A DNA stretch of 64,000 nucleotides from an uncultured Bacteroides sp. (lineage in GTDB: Bacteria; Bacillota; Clostridia; Oscillospirales; Acutalibacteraceae). The notes below the pieces were generated by a model. That model did no database searches. It had not been told where the DNA came from and saw only the letters and a list, made by a program, of their open reading frames with translations. Positions 26,601 through 35,360 of this stretch are shown in pieces. Position 1 is the stretch's first letter. Each line of letters begins with the position of its first letter. The stretch covers positions 4,766 to 68,765 of the forward strand of contig CAYNGP010000001.1 of NCBI GenBank assembly GCA_964396885.1. Reading direction: 5' to 3'. The position numbers were made by a program, and so were the translations under genes.

Positions 26601-29600
26601 ATTATGGAAAATCTTGCTGCAGAGAAATACGGCATTTCAAAGAACGAATGGGTATACTGCTATGACGGCAGAATTTCTACAAAAGAAATTACCGTAGATG
26701 GAGCAACACTTACTTCTACAGTTAACTCACTTTCTGAAAGATTTAAGTCTTATGCAGCTGATCCGGATTCAGTTGGAATTCTTGATACATTTGCAGAAAT
26801 CCTTGTTGAAAACTGGATGAATTCAATTGTTGATTTAATTGACAATGTAATTGCAACAGATAATAAGATTTCAAATAATCTTACAATTATTGCAGGTCTT
26901 CTTAGATCACTTGGCGGCTTTGGTGAAGAAAGCATTATCACTGACATTGCGAACAGTGTATTCCAGCTTACTCGTGATGATAAGTACTCATTCACCTTCA
27001 CAGATGTTAACGCTGATGCAAATAATAAGATGACCGGTCTTTCAAAAGACAACGCTTATTTCTTAATTTCAAATATCACAAGACTTGTTGAAGTAATTCA
27101 AAATCTGATTGCTCATTTCAGTGGAACAAGCAACCAGAGCGTAAGCGGTCTTGTTGCCGCTAGTGACAACAAGGAAGAAGAAAAAAATGGTATTTCATTA
27201 CCATTAACTATTCAAGCAGCTCCTGCTGCCAAGGCCACATCTGCTAACTATTCAAGCAGCGATTTAAGCAACGCAAAAGATCTAATCAGTAATCTTGACA
27301 AAATGCTTTCTTCTCTCCTTTCTGATAGCAGCCTGAACGGATTCTCATTAGACTCAACTGAGAATTTAATCGCTGGTGTTGTATCACTGTTAGACAGATT
27401 CTTAGGTATGGATATTAACCTTGGCAATGGAATTGCTACAGATATTACTCTTTTAGTTAACCAGTATCTGTATTTCATTACAGGTGAAAGTGAAAACCTT
27501 ACTGCTAAAGATGGTAAAGTTGATCCTAAGAAGGTATACACAAACAACGCACTTACCGGACTTGTTGTTGAAACTTATGCATTAATTGAAAAGCTTGCCG
27601 ACAATCTGCTTGTAAACTTCTATGATACTTATGATAATAACAGTGCACTGAAGTACAACCTGCTTGTTGAAGCTATTGATGGTATTATTTCACCGGATGC
27701 TGTAGGCATCAGACTTGGTGATTACAAAGATGCACAGAAGAAGCTTGCTAAGTATGATACTTGGACAATTATGTCAGAGGCTTCTTCACGTCATAACTAT
27801 AAGAACTTAAGCATTGATTGGGGTATCAAGGGTAATGCTGAAGAAAGAAAAGAAGCATTCTACGACGGACTTTCTGCTTCACTCAGACTTGTAACTTCAA
27901 TCCTCGGTGTACTTCTTGTTGAAACCGGTTGGTATGATACAATTCTTACACCAATTCTTGGTATGTTCTGTAACAAGAACGACATCAAGCTTGAAACAAT
28001 CGAAGCATTAAAGAAGGACAAGGAAAAGACAGGTTATTATGATAAGACCTTAATTGCTATTCTTACTCCTGTTTCAGCGTACTTAAACAAATTCTTAAAT
28101 GCTCCTGTAACTACTTTAATTCAAACAATTCAGGGCGTTGCAGGATTCCTTGATGATAACAATACGAAGTGCGGAACAATCGCTTCTGTACTTAAGGGAG
28201 CAATCACTCCTGTTACTAAGGAAATTAGAGGCTTAGGTAACATTTTAGGTCTTAAGACTAAGAAGCTTCCTAACGGAACATCACCTTCTCTTAATTCAAC
28301 TCTTGTTTCATTAGCAAATATGATTGACACATTTGCTAATCCAAACACACTTGAGGCAATTCTCGGATTTGCTCTTACAGGCGAAAACATTATTCCTCTT
28401 GTCAACACACTCCTTAAGAACACAGGAATCGAATTAAAGCAAATCAGCTGGTCAAAGCTTTATTCTTCATCACCTGAAGCTGCTTTAGTTTATATCCTTG
28501 AATATATTCTTGAGGTACTTCTTGACAGTAATACATTAGATGTTATTCTTGGACTTATTGGCGAGGACAATGAAACTGCAACACTGATTATCACGGCTCT
28601 TAAGTCTGGTGATCTTAATGCAAAATCAATTCTTAAGCTGTTAAATCAGATTCTTGAAATCACAGACAACCCAACTCTTGTTTACTGGACATTTGCTCAG
28701 TACTTACTGGAGATGACAGAAAACTTCAAATACCCAGCAGGTATTACAAAGGCAATGGCTGACCAGGGTGTTGATACTCTTGATAACCTTGTTAAGAATA
28801 TCTTCCCACTTCTTGGTTCATTCGGTGTAAACCTTGGTGCTGATGACCTTAAGGGTATCCTCAGCAAGAACTTATTCAAAAACGAATTCATTACCAAGCT
28901 TGCAGTTACACTTTACGGTGCACTCGACGGTCTTGATCCAACAATCAAAACTGCTCTCGCTCCTCTTGGTATCGTAACATCAACTAAGGATGTTGCTAAG
29001 ATTCTTACCGACACAAGCTACGGCGCAACCTTCACATCAGCTGCTAATGCAATTGCTGCTCAGTCAAGCTGGAAGGATGTTAAGAATGTTAACTGGGGCT
29101 TCACAGATGACTCAGCAAAGGCTCAGCAGGGCTTTGTAAACGCTCTTGTTGCAGTACTTCGTCCACTTAACGGTGTTCTTCAGGTATTCCTCAGCGAGGG
29201 TACACTTGAACTCAACAACGTTGTAAGTGATTTAGTAAATACACTTGAGCTCAACATTAACACTGAGCTTAAGCTTACCGACACAATGTCACTCAGATTA
29301 ACAGGTGGATTAAAGAACGGCGTGCTTACTCTGAACATCAGAGATGGCAAGCGTGCAAGAAGCACAACATCAACAATTAAGCTTGATTTAAGATCACTTA
29401 AGGAACTTAAGGACCTCAAGATTGAGGGTACAAACGGTTACAACAGTGCAATCATTCCTCTTATGGAGGCATTCAAGCTTTCAAATGTTAAGACTTATAA
29501 CCAGTATAAGAATGACATTAATGCTGCTAAGGATAACCTGCTGTTAGACATTTTAAATCCGATTGCAGGCGACACAAGCAATTCACTTATTAACAAGCTT

Positions 29601-31604
29601 GTTGATAAGCCATTCGATACATTATCAGCATTACTTCCAAATATTGCAATGTATCTTGATGCTCACGGCTTATCACAGTTAATCAACAATCTTCTTGCTC
29701 CTATTACAGGCTTAATCGCAAGTGTTGCTGAAACACTTAATATCAATGGCATTATCAAAGATCTCTTAGGTGTTGATCTTGGTACAGTCGTTGGCACACT
29801 GCTTGGTGCTAAGACTAAGATTGATCTTGATCTTACAGATCTTTCTAAGTTAAATATAGAAGATTTAATTATACCTATTGTAAGAGTAATTCTTGCAAAG
29901 AACGACAACCCAACAGTCAGAAGCCTGAAGCTTTATGACATTAACTGGAACGCATTAATCAGCCTTGGCGATAAGATGACTTACTCAAGTGCTGCAACAG
30001 ATGCAAACGGCAACTACTTAACCGGTAAGATGGTTGGTAATGTTGACCAGGGTAAAGTATTAATCACAGTTCTTAGATATATTGCTAAGACATTAACAAC
30101 TAATGTTCCTGCTCTTAAGACTCTCCTTCTCGGCATTGATGCTATTAAGAAGAGCGATGTACTTACAGCTGTAGTTTCAAGTGTACTTAACACATTAAGC
30201 ACAGCATCTGAGGATCAGCTTGTTGCTGCAATCTTCTACTTCCTTGCAGGCGAACCTTCAAATGCATTCTGGGATTACACAAAGTATAAGACAGGTCAGT
30301 ATTCATTCACATATCCTGAAAGTATGGACGTAAGCTTCTTAAAGAACCTTCCTCCAATGCTTGACGGCATGATTTCACAGTTCCTTAACCTTAACGAATT
30401 AGTAACAAAGAATCTGTTCACAGACAGTCTTGTTAGCAAGCTTGCTACCGGTCTTTACGGTGCAATCGACGGCGTTAAGATTAATGACAACCTCGGCTTG
30501 ACAGCACTTCTTGCTCAGACCGATATTGATTTCTCAACAGCAAATGTTGCTAAGCTTCTCACAGATAAGAGCTATGGTAAGACATATGCCGGTCCTGCAG
30601 CAGTAATCGCTAATGCAGGCTCTTGGAAGAACGTTAACGCTGACTCACTCAAGTGGGGCGTAACTGACAGAGATAGCTTCTTCCACGCACTCGTTGCTGT
30701 ACTTCGTCCAATTTACGGTGTACTTGATGTTCTTCTGAATGACGCACAGCTTGGTTTATTCGACTTAGTTCGTATCCCTGGCTCAAACGGTTACTCATCA
30801 TCAATCGTTCCTCTTCTTGAGGCATTCAGCTGCTACAACGTTAAGACACAGTATCAGTACAGACAGGATATCAATAAGGAATACGATGCTATCCTTCTTG
30901 ACATCATCAATCCTATCTGGGATGTTGTTGAGGACGTTCTCAATGCTCCTCTCCAGACAGTAACATCAATGATTCCAAACCTTGCACTGTTCATCGGCAA
31001 CAATGGTCTTAGCCAGATGATTGACAATATGCTCACTCCTATCTCGGCTCTTGCAGATGCAATCAGACCTATCGTTGATTTGAACGACCTTCTTGATACT
31101 CTGTTCAAGGCACTCAACGTTAACCTTGACAGCATTCTCGGTAAGGTTGGCATCACAAACTTCACTATTGATGTTTATGACCTTAACAAGACATTATCAC
31201 AGGTTCTTGCAGGCGATAAGCTTATCCCATTAATCAACAACGTTCTTGGTTTAATTAAGATTAAGGGCACACCTCTTGGAATTAAGCTCAACGCAGTTGA
31301 CTGGTTACAGCTTGCAAGCCACGGCACAACAGTTGTAAGTGCTTCACAGGCTGCTACCTATGGTGCAAGAGTATTTGTTCAGGGTGATTCATCAGAAGTA
31401 TTGATTGCTGTTCTGAGATACTTAATTGATACAATCAACAGCGGTGATAACTACAACCAGATCAGCAGCTTAATCGGCGGTCTGCTTGGTGGTGCTAATG
31501 ACACAATTTCCGGAGTAGTTGACCAGGTACTTGGTATGCTTCAGGATGATACAGATACCGTTATCGCTTCACTTGTTGACCTGCTCCAGACTCTTGGTAG
31601 CTAA
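23646..31604 (+). CDS. Giant secreted alpha-helical repeat protein (2652 aa), function unknown
   Basis: ATG at 23646 after AAGGAG; signal peptide MKTSKKILSFFLAVVMVVTTCSVGFTAFA; Leu/Ile/Asp-rich with three long degenerate internal repeats. Confidence 0.85.
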   Translation: MKTSKKILSFFLAVVMVVTTCSVGFTAFAAEKKNNSIWSTKCGANEAFDTLNDLADELLPELLINNIGLVGDGVFQKYAPDYGKTYDKLTDKEKAEIVDKATLTDVLQALQPTLIGALAKESQSDYAKRVGGGHPKDASYYDYLKRDGALDFYTLYALCDDNRANRDLSESTRQTLTKWYDILTPIANIQLVDNTEELVKRLHDVFENPFEEAGYSSSNLYALKTFYSEDFMNQNTTAEERAALEALYAEKNAELEIYGVNYKITDFAELTYYCDGMGKDTKYVQNYMNLITSTGKEIKYDSNQDLLGMFGGEDLAENVVIPDALTVDNYADKIISYYFAAALGFENPDEVTAKVVADMFAIDDEGNVDPITSAYFENTLYLMVDTAMLEKILTVDYEQDIINGLAIKYSDQVNSMADLTKMVESRMPEDYLDSTKVFEDSVIKNIASIIVTCNDNNKSADLFVNGTINTVDILDSMISYSLPDSLQNSYIEEYFGLVLSTAFTQNDVNGVAYKNNLKDAFYTGFSKTNFNTIAMKDGSYSNPNTITSQNLKDQVLRYDSGLAALNYAEAANDYDTLNTYLEDALTYAYTQTVADLLGITSFDKDTSKDLNLNINYKAFIDSHLPEKEVAKVELTAEQKAILNGDYNLVNDMGTEIVNYILNDTVMGIFDDPTVGGIINDLIAGLVDSDVDVVAVIDGIWAKLCKDPIDTIVGLLPLVSVFLDEMILPLIFNEEGDQGYNTIYGILDMEIIGAFTGGAFFLRNMSQENGSHIGIAQVGWDLNTLLPQLTDWLLASKANQKAKKVKGISYYDGNTVELRNVVMDENGEVVEENGQILCEPVQYTKANFSSIDFSNYTAKDVNGNVIKVVENGYSYKGNTYKNADELFAANEDAVFTCFMTYEASVPKLTNIYFVDKMLGGACIADLGKDNPMVGELVTEIATLFNVAVKEFVNTPALRNETRYHNDGRVAFSGLNNIMVAIPRLFDIMENLAAEKYGISKNEWVYCYDGRISTKEITVDGATLTSTVNSLSERFKSYAADPDSVGILDTFAEILVENWMNSIVDLIDNVIATDNKISNNLTIIAGLLRSLGGFGEESIITDIANSVFQLTRDDKYSFTFTDVNADANNKMTGLSKDNAYFLISNITRLVEVIQNLIAHFSGTSNQSVSGLVAASDNKEEEKNGISLPLTIQAAPAAKATSANYSSSDLSNAKDLISNLDKMLSSLLSDSSLNGFSLDSTENLIAGVVSLLDRFLGMDINLGNGIATDITLLVNQYLYFITGESENLTAKDGKVDPKKVYTNNALTGLVVETYALIEKLADNLLVNFYDTYDNNSALKYNLLVEAIDGIISPDAVGIRLGDYKDAQKKLAKYDTWTIMSEASSRHNYKNLSIDWGIKGNAEERKEAFYDGLSASLRLVTSILGVLLVETGWYDTILTPILGMFCNKNDIKLETIEALKKDKEKTGYYDKTLIAILTPVSAYLNKFLNAPVTTLIQTIQGVAGFLDDNNTKCGTIASVLKGAITPVTKEIRGLGNILGLKTKKLPNGTSPSLNSTLVSLANMIDTFANPNTLEAILGFALTGENIIPLVNTLLKNTGIELKQISWSKLYSSSPEAALVYILEYILEVLLDSNTLDVILGLIGEDNETATLIITALKSGDLNAKSILKLLNQILEITDNPTLVYWTFAQYLLEMTENFKYPAGITKAMADQGVDTLDNLVKNIFPLLGSFGVNLGADDLKGILSKNLFKNEFITKLAVTLYGALDGLDPTIKTALAPLGIVTSTKDVAKILTDTSYGATFTSAANAIAAQSSWKDVKNVNWGFTDDSAKAQQGFVNALVAVLRPLNGVLQVFLSEGTLELNNVVSDLVNTLELNINTELKLTDTMSLRLTGGLKNGVLTLNIRDGKRARSTTSTIKLDLRSLKELKDLKIEGTNGYNSAIIPLMEAFKLSNVKTYNQYKNDINAAKDNLLLDILNPIAGDTSNSLINKLVDKPFDTLSALLPNIAMYLDAHGLSQLINNLLAPITGLIASVAETLNINGIIKDLLGVDLGTVVGTLLGAKTKIDLDLTDLSKLNIEDLIIPIVRVILAKNDNPTVRSLKLYDINWNALISLGDKMTYSSAATDANGNYLTGKMVGNVDQGKVLITVLRYIAKTLTTNVPALKTLLLGIDAIKKSDVLTAVVSSVLNTLSTASEDQLVAAIFYFLAGEPSNAFWDYTKYKTGQYSFTYPESMDVSFLKNLPPMLDGMISQFLNLNELVTKNLFTDSLVSKLATGLYGAIDGVKINDNLGLTALLAQTDIDFSTANVAKLLTDKSYGKTYAGPAAVIANAGSWKNVNADSLKWGVTDRDSFFHALVAVLRPIYGVLDVLLNDAQLGLFDLVRIPGSNGYSSSIVPLLEAFSCYNVKTQYQYRQDINKEYDAILLDIINPIWDVVEDVLNAPLQTVTSMIPNLALFIGNNGLSQMIDNMLTPISALADAIRPIVDLNDLLDTLFKALNVNLDSILGKVGITNFTIDVYDLNKTLSQVLAGDKLIPLINNVLGLIKIKGTPLGIKLNAVDWLQLASHGTTVVSASQAATYGARVFVQGDSSEVLIAVLRYLIDTINSGDNYNQISSLIGGLLGGANDTISGVVDQVLGMLQDDTDTVIASLVDLLQTLGS

Positions 31605-31634
31605 TAATTAAGTTAAGCTTAATTAACGTATCAC

Positions 31635-31680
31635 AATAACAAAAACCACAACGGCGAAAGCTGTTGTGGTTTTTTGTTAT
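31635..31680 (+). terminator. Intrinsic terminator
   Basis: AAAAACCACAACGGC-GAAA-GCTGTTGTGGTTTTTT. Confidence 0.85.
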
Positions 31681-31712
31681 ATTTACTTTTACTTAGTTTA
31701 GAAATCGTTTAT

Positions 31713-31741
31713 TTGACATGCCCTATGTCTTAACTTATAAT
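31713..31741 (+). promoter_or_regulatory. Consensus sigmaA promoter of the membrane protein/radical SAM operon
   Basis: TTGACA-17 bp-TATAAT. Confidence 0.8.
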
Positions 31742-31761
31742 TAAACTAAGGAGGCAATTGT

Positions 31762-32289
31762 ATGAAAAGAAATAAAGAAAAACGCAAAATATTAAAAGTA
31801 AGACCATTTAATATGGCAAACTTTTCAGGAGGATCAGGTTATCTTGTATTTTCAATCATTTATCAGGCTATGGCAATGCTGCCGGCAATGATAATAATCT
31901 GGTTAGCTTCATTAATTAAATTGCCCCAACTTGAAGACAGCAATGAAATTGACTCCGACAGAGCTGTTAAAAGGTATAATATAATAAGCATTCCCCTATG
32001 CATAATCATTTCAATAGTCGGCGTGATTATGGCTTATACAAGTAACTACGGCACATTTAGTGAATACTGGATAGAAATACTTATTATAGGTATAGTTCCT
32101 GCAATATGCCTGTATTTCATAGTGCGTTTTTGTCATCGACAGATAATAGAGAGCAATAAAGGCATTGCGCCAATGATTGCCCTATCTGTCTTTTTAACAG
32201 CGATGACTCTAATTGGAATTATGTTATTTTGCGGAGGCTTCATTGACCCTATATTAACAGAAATTGCGGATAGTAAATATGGTTATTAA
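31762..32289 (+). CDS. Membrane protein (about 4 TM) with basic N-terminal segment KILKVRPFNMANFSGGSG
   Basis: AAGGAGG RBS; hydrophobic segments; overlaps the start of the radical SAM gene. Confidence 0.75.
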   Translation: MKRNKEKRKILKVRPFNMANFSGGSGYLVFSIIYQAMAMLPAMIIIWLASLIKLPQLEDSNEIDSDRAVKRYNIISIPLCIIISIVGVIMAYTSNYGTFSEYWIEILIIGIVPAICLYFIVRFCHRQIIESNKGIAPMIALSVFLTAMTLIGIMLFCGGFIDPILTEIADSKYGY

Positions 32290-33343
32290 AACAAGACGTG
32301 AAAAATTCGGTGCAATTGTTTATTTTGAAAGACCCGGTTTTGTAGGCTACATCAACAACGCTATGGCTGATGCAATCGGAATAAGGAATAAAGAAAATGT
32401 ACACTATATTGACGGAATAATGTCATCACCACTTGATGCACACTTCGCCGTTACAACAAGGTGCAATATGTACTGCCAGGGCTGTTATAACACGGTTAGA
32501 GCTGACGGTAATACTGACATTGATTTGAATAAGGCTAAACGGATAATAGATAATCTTGCAAGGCTTAATGTACTCTCGGTATCCTTTGGCGGAGGAGAAC
32601 CAACGCTTTATCCGCACATTATTGAGCTTGCAAAATATACACGCAGCAAAAACATTTTGCCGAATATGACAACAAACGGACTGACAATGACAAAGGATTT
32701 TGCCAAGCAGTGCAAGGTGTTCGGCAATGTGCATTTCAGTGTACATAAGCCTGAGGATATTGAAATTGCTTTTAATGCAGCAAGGATATATAAAAAATAC
32801 ACAGGCAAAAAGGCGGGTCTTAATCTTTTAATAACAACCAAAACCTATCCTTATTTTGATGAAATTGTAAAAAAAGCAGGCAAATCCGGATTTAACAAAA
32901 TACTGTTTCTGCGTTATAAAAAAACAAATAAAAATATCGGTATTGGCGATTTGGATATGGATGACCAAATGCCTGCCGTTTTTGACAAAATCAAAGAGTT
33001 TTCAAGAAAAAGCAAACTAATGTTTTTATATGACTGTTCGTCAATGCAGGAAATTGCATATTCAAAATTGATACCTGAAAAGCTTTTGAATAAGGTCGAC
33101 TCCAATGGCTGTATGGGCGGTAATATGTATATTGCCATTGACGTTAACGGCAATTACAAGCCCTGCTCCTTCTGGGGTGAAACAATGGGCAACGCCGAAC
33201 TTTTGGATTTTGACAACTGGATGAGTAATGAAAAACTGAACGCTTTCAGAAACTTTCGCTCATCACAAGGCTGTGGCAGTTGTGAATATATGAAAATCTG
33301 TAATGGCGGCTGCAGACTTAATTACCTAAACTGCAAAAAATAA
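32279..33343 (+). CDS. Radical SAM/SPASM domain protein
   Basis: CNMYCQGC, GGGEP and MTTNG motifs; SPASM CMGG...GNYKPC...CGSCEYMKICNGGC. Confidence 0.92.
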   Translation: MVIKTRREKFGAIVYFERPGFVGYINNAMADAIGIRNKENVHYIDGIMSSPLDAHFAVTTRCNMYCQGCYNTVRADGNTDIDLNKAKRIIDNLARLNVLSVSFGGGEPTLYPHIIELAKYTRSKNILPNMTTNGLTMTKDFAKQCKVFGNVHFSVHKPEDIEIAFNAARIYKKYTGKKAGLNLLITTKTYPYFDEIVKKAGKSGFNKILFLRYKKTNKNIGIGDLDMDDQMPAVFDKIKEFSRKSKLMFLYDCSSMQEIAYSKLIPEKLLNKVDSNGCMGGNMYIAIDVNGNYKPCSFWGETMGNAELLDFDNWMSNEKLNAFRNFRSSQGCGSCEYMKICNGGCRLNYLNCKK

Positions 33344-33468
33344 ATACGATAACAAAAGGTACATTTTAGCTGATGTGTCTTAATGAAATTTTTAAATCAA
33401 AGAATGATAACGGCTAGATTGGATTTTGATGAGATTGTAAATAAAAATTTTTTGTGGGAGAATGAGAT

Positions 33469-33831
33469 ATGTATATTATACATTGCTTAAAAGAGAAGGT
33501 CTGGAATTATTATAAAAGTCAAAAGTATTACGGAGAAGATTCGTTAAATAGATTTGGTTTTATACATTGCTCTGAAACAACAACATATCAATGGGTAGCT
33601 CCAAATTTTAAACACGAAACTGATAATTTAGTATTACTGGTCATTGATACCAATAAAGTACAAAATAAAGTAGTCTGGGAAGATTTAAGAAATTGTGGAG
33701 TTGCATATCCGCATATTTATGGTCTTCTGAATACAGATGCTGTTGTAGAAGTAGTTCCTCATCTTTGGAGTGATAAAAAAGAATGGATTATTAATGAAGA
33801 ATTATTGAAATACGAAACTCAAAATAAATGA
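33469..33831 (+). CDS. DUF952 family protein
   Basis: GFIHCS and YPHIYGLLN motifs. Confidence 0.85.
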   Translation: MYIIHCLKEKVWNYYKSQKYYGEDSLNRFGFIHCSETTTYQWVAPNFKHETDNLVLLVIDTNKVQNKVVWEDLRNCGVAYPHIYGLLNTDAVVEVVPHLWSDKKEWIINEELLKYETQNK

Positions 33832-33898
33832 AATAAATTTCGGTTTGCAGAGATATCTAAAGAAAAATTGCAATCGAATAATTAGGATAGGTAATTAA

Positions 33899-34348
33899 AT
33901 GAACTATGATAACTTAGAGATAGAAACCACTTTTAAAGAGGGAGAACCAATTCCAATAGAATATACCGGATATGGGGGCAATATTTCTCCAAAATTTAAA
34001 TTCGGTAATTTATCAAAAAATGCAAAAAGTTTAGTAATTATTTTGGAAGATTTGAGCCATCCAATAAAGAATTTTACACACTGGATTGCTTGGAACATAA
34101 AAGCTGAAAATGTTATTCCAGAAAATGTTGGTGATATGGAATGTGTTATACAAGGTATTGCTTATGGATTTCATAAATATAAAGGACCAAAGCCACCAAA
34201 ATTTCAAAAACATAATTATAGATTTACAATATATTCATTAAATGATACTTTAAGTTTATCTTCTAACACCACAAAAAGAAAGTTGTTAAAAACAATAGAA
34301 AGACACATATTACAAAAAGGAACTATTACAGGTAGCTTTCATAGATAA
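33899..34348 (+). CDS. YbhB/YbcL (PEBP/Raf-kinase-inhibitor-like) protein
   Basis: NISP, FTHWIAWNI, YKGPKPP and HNYRFTIYSL motifs. Confidence 0.88.
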   Translation: MNYDNLEIETTFKEGEPIPIEYTGYGGNISPKFKFGNLSKNAKSLVIILEDLSHPIKNFTHWIAWNIKAENVIPENVGDMECVIQGIAYGFHKYKGPKPPKFQKHNYRFTIYSLNDTLSLSSNTTKRKLLKTIERHILQKGTITGSFHR

Positions 34349-34427
34349 ATTCCAATATATTTATCAAATACAAAAAGTAAACTATAACATATCAAGCATC
34401 GAATTTTAACATACATAACCTTACAAT

Positions 34428-34458
34428 AAAAACCGCGAACAAAAATGTTCGCGGTTTA
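34428..34458 (+). terminator. Intrinsic terminator
   Basis: AAACCGCGAACA/TGTTCGCGGTTT hairpin. Confidence 0.7.
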
Positions 34459-34619
34459 CTTCGTTAACGTATTAGGAATACTCTTCACCGTTTTCTTTTG
34501 CTATAATTTATGTTTATGCATATATTATATGTAATAAAATATTATATATATAATACTTGTAATATCATCAAAAATTTTATATAATAAAACTATATATGTT
34601 TTTGTTTGGTGGTGATATA

Positions 34620-35348
34620 ATGCTTGGACAATGTGTCAGATCCAGGGTTGTTAAACCTATTGGTCATAAAGACGAGTCCGGTAAAACCTACCCTCTTAAT
34701 TACACTATGATTCTCGGTATGCCTAAAAAGGAATATGCCTATATAATCGGAATTGATCATGCAGTAAGAAATTTTGACGGTAGAGTAATTGCTCTGTTAG
34801 AGCCAAAGGTTAAGAATGAAAAAAGAATTTGGATTTTAGCTCCTAAAAGCACAAGATATATTAACCTTGATATTATGAAATATTTGGATGTTGAAAAAGA
34901 CTTCCCCAATCACAATTTAGTCTGCCTTTATGAGAGCAGCAGCGGTGCAGTAGTATACCGTGAAATTAATGAGGAAACCAGATTTCTTCTTATAAAAAAC
35001 AAACGCTCGGCTAACTGGGGCTTCCCTAAGGGGCATATTGAAAAGGGTGAAACAAAAGTTGATGCCGCAAAGCGTGAGGTGCTTGAGGAAACCGGTATTA
35101 ACGTCAGACTTCATAAGAATTTTGAAAGTGTTTCAAAATATAAAATTAAAAATAAAATTGAAAAGAATGTATCAATCTTTGTGGGAACGACAGATGATTT
35201 AACCACAACTATTCAGCAGGAGGAGATTGAGGATTACGTTTGGCTTACTTATGAAAAGGCTATGCCTTATCTGAAGTTTAAAAATGACAGAGATATACTG
35301 GAAAAAGCATATAAATTTTTATGCGACAACCATTTCATCATTTGTTAA
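34620..35348 (+). CDS. NUDIX hydrolase (Ap4A hydrolase-like) fused to a degenerate N-terminal pyrophosphatase-like domain
   Basis: Nudix box WGFPKGHIEKGETKVDAAKREVLEETG; N-terminal KPIG..YPLNY..AYIIG..FDGRVIA. Confidence 0.8.
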   Translation: MLGQCVRSRVVKPIGHKDESGKTYPLNYTMILGMPKKEYAYIIGIDHAVRNFDGRVIALLEPKVKNEKRIWILAPKSTRYINLDIMKYLDVEKDFPNHNLVCLYESSSGAVVYREINEETRFLLIKNKRSANWGFPKGHIEKGETKVDAAKREVLEETGINVRLHKNFESVSKYKIKNKIEKNVSIFVGTTDDLTTTIQQEEIEDYVWLTYEKAMPYLKFKNDRDILEKAYKFLCDNHFIIC

Positions 35349-35360
35349 GGAGAGAACTAC

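Noticed and set aside
16462-31604. Giant proteins as RTX/Rhs/contractile toxins or phage tape-measure proteins
   Set aside because: No GGxGxD or YD repeats and no phage genes; both have ordinary Sec signal peptides and host-like codon bias.
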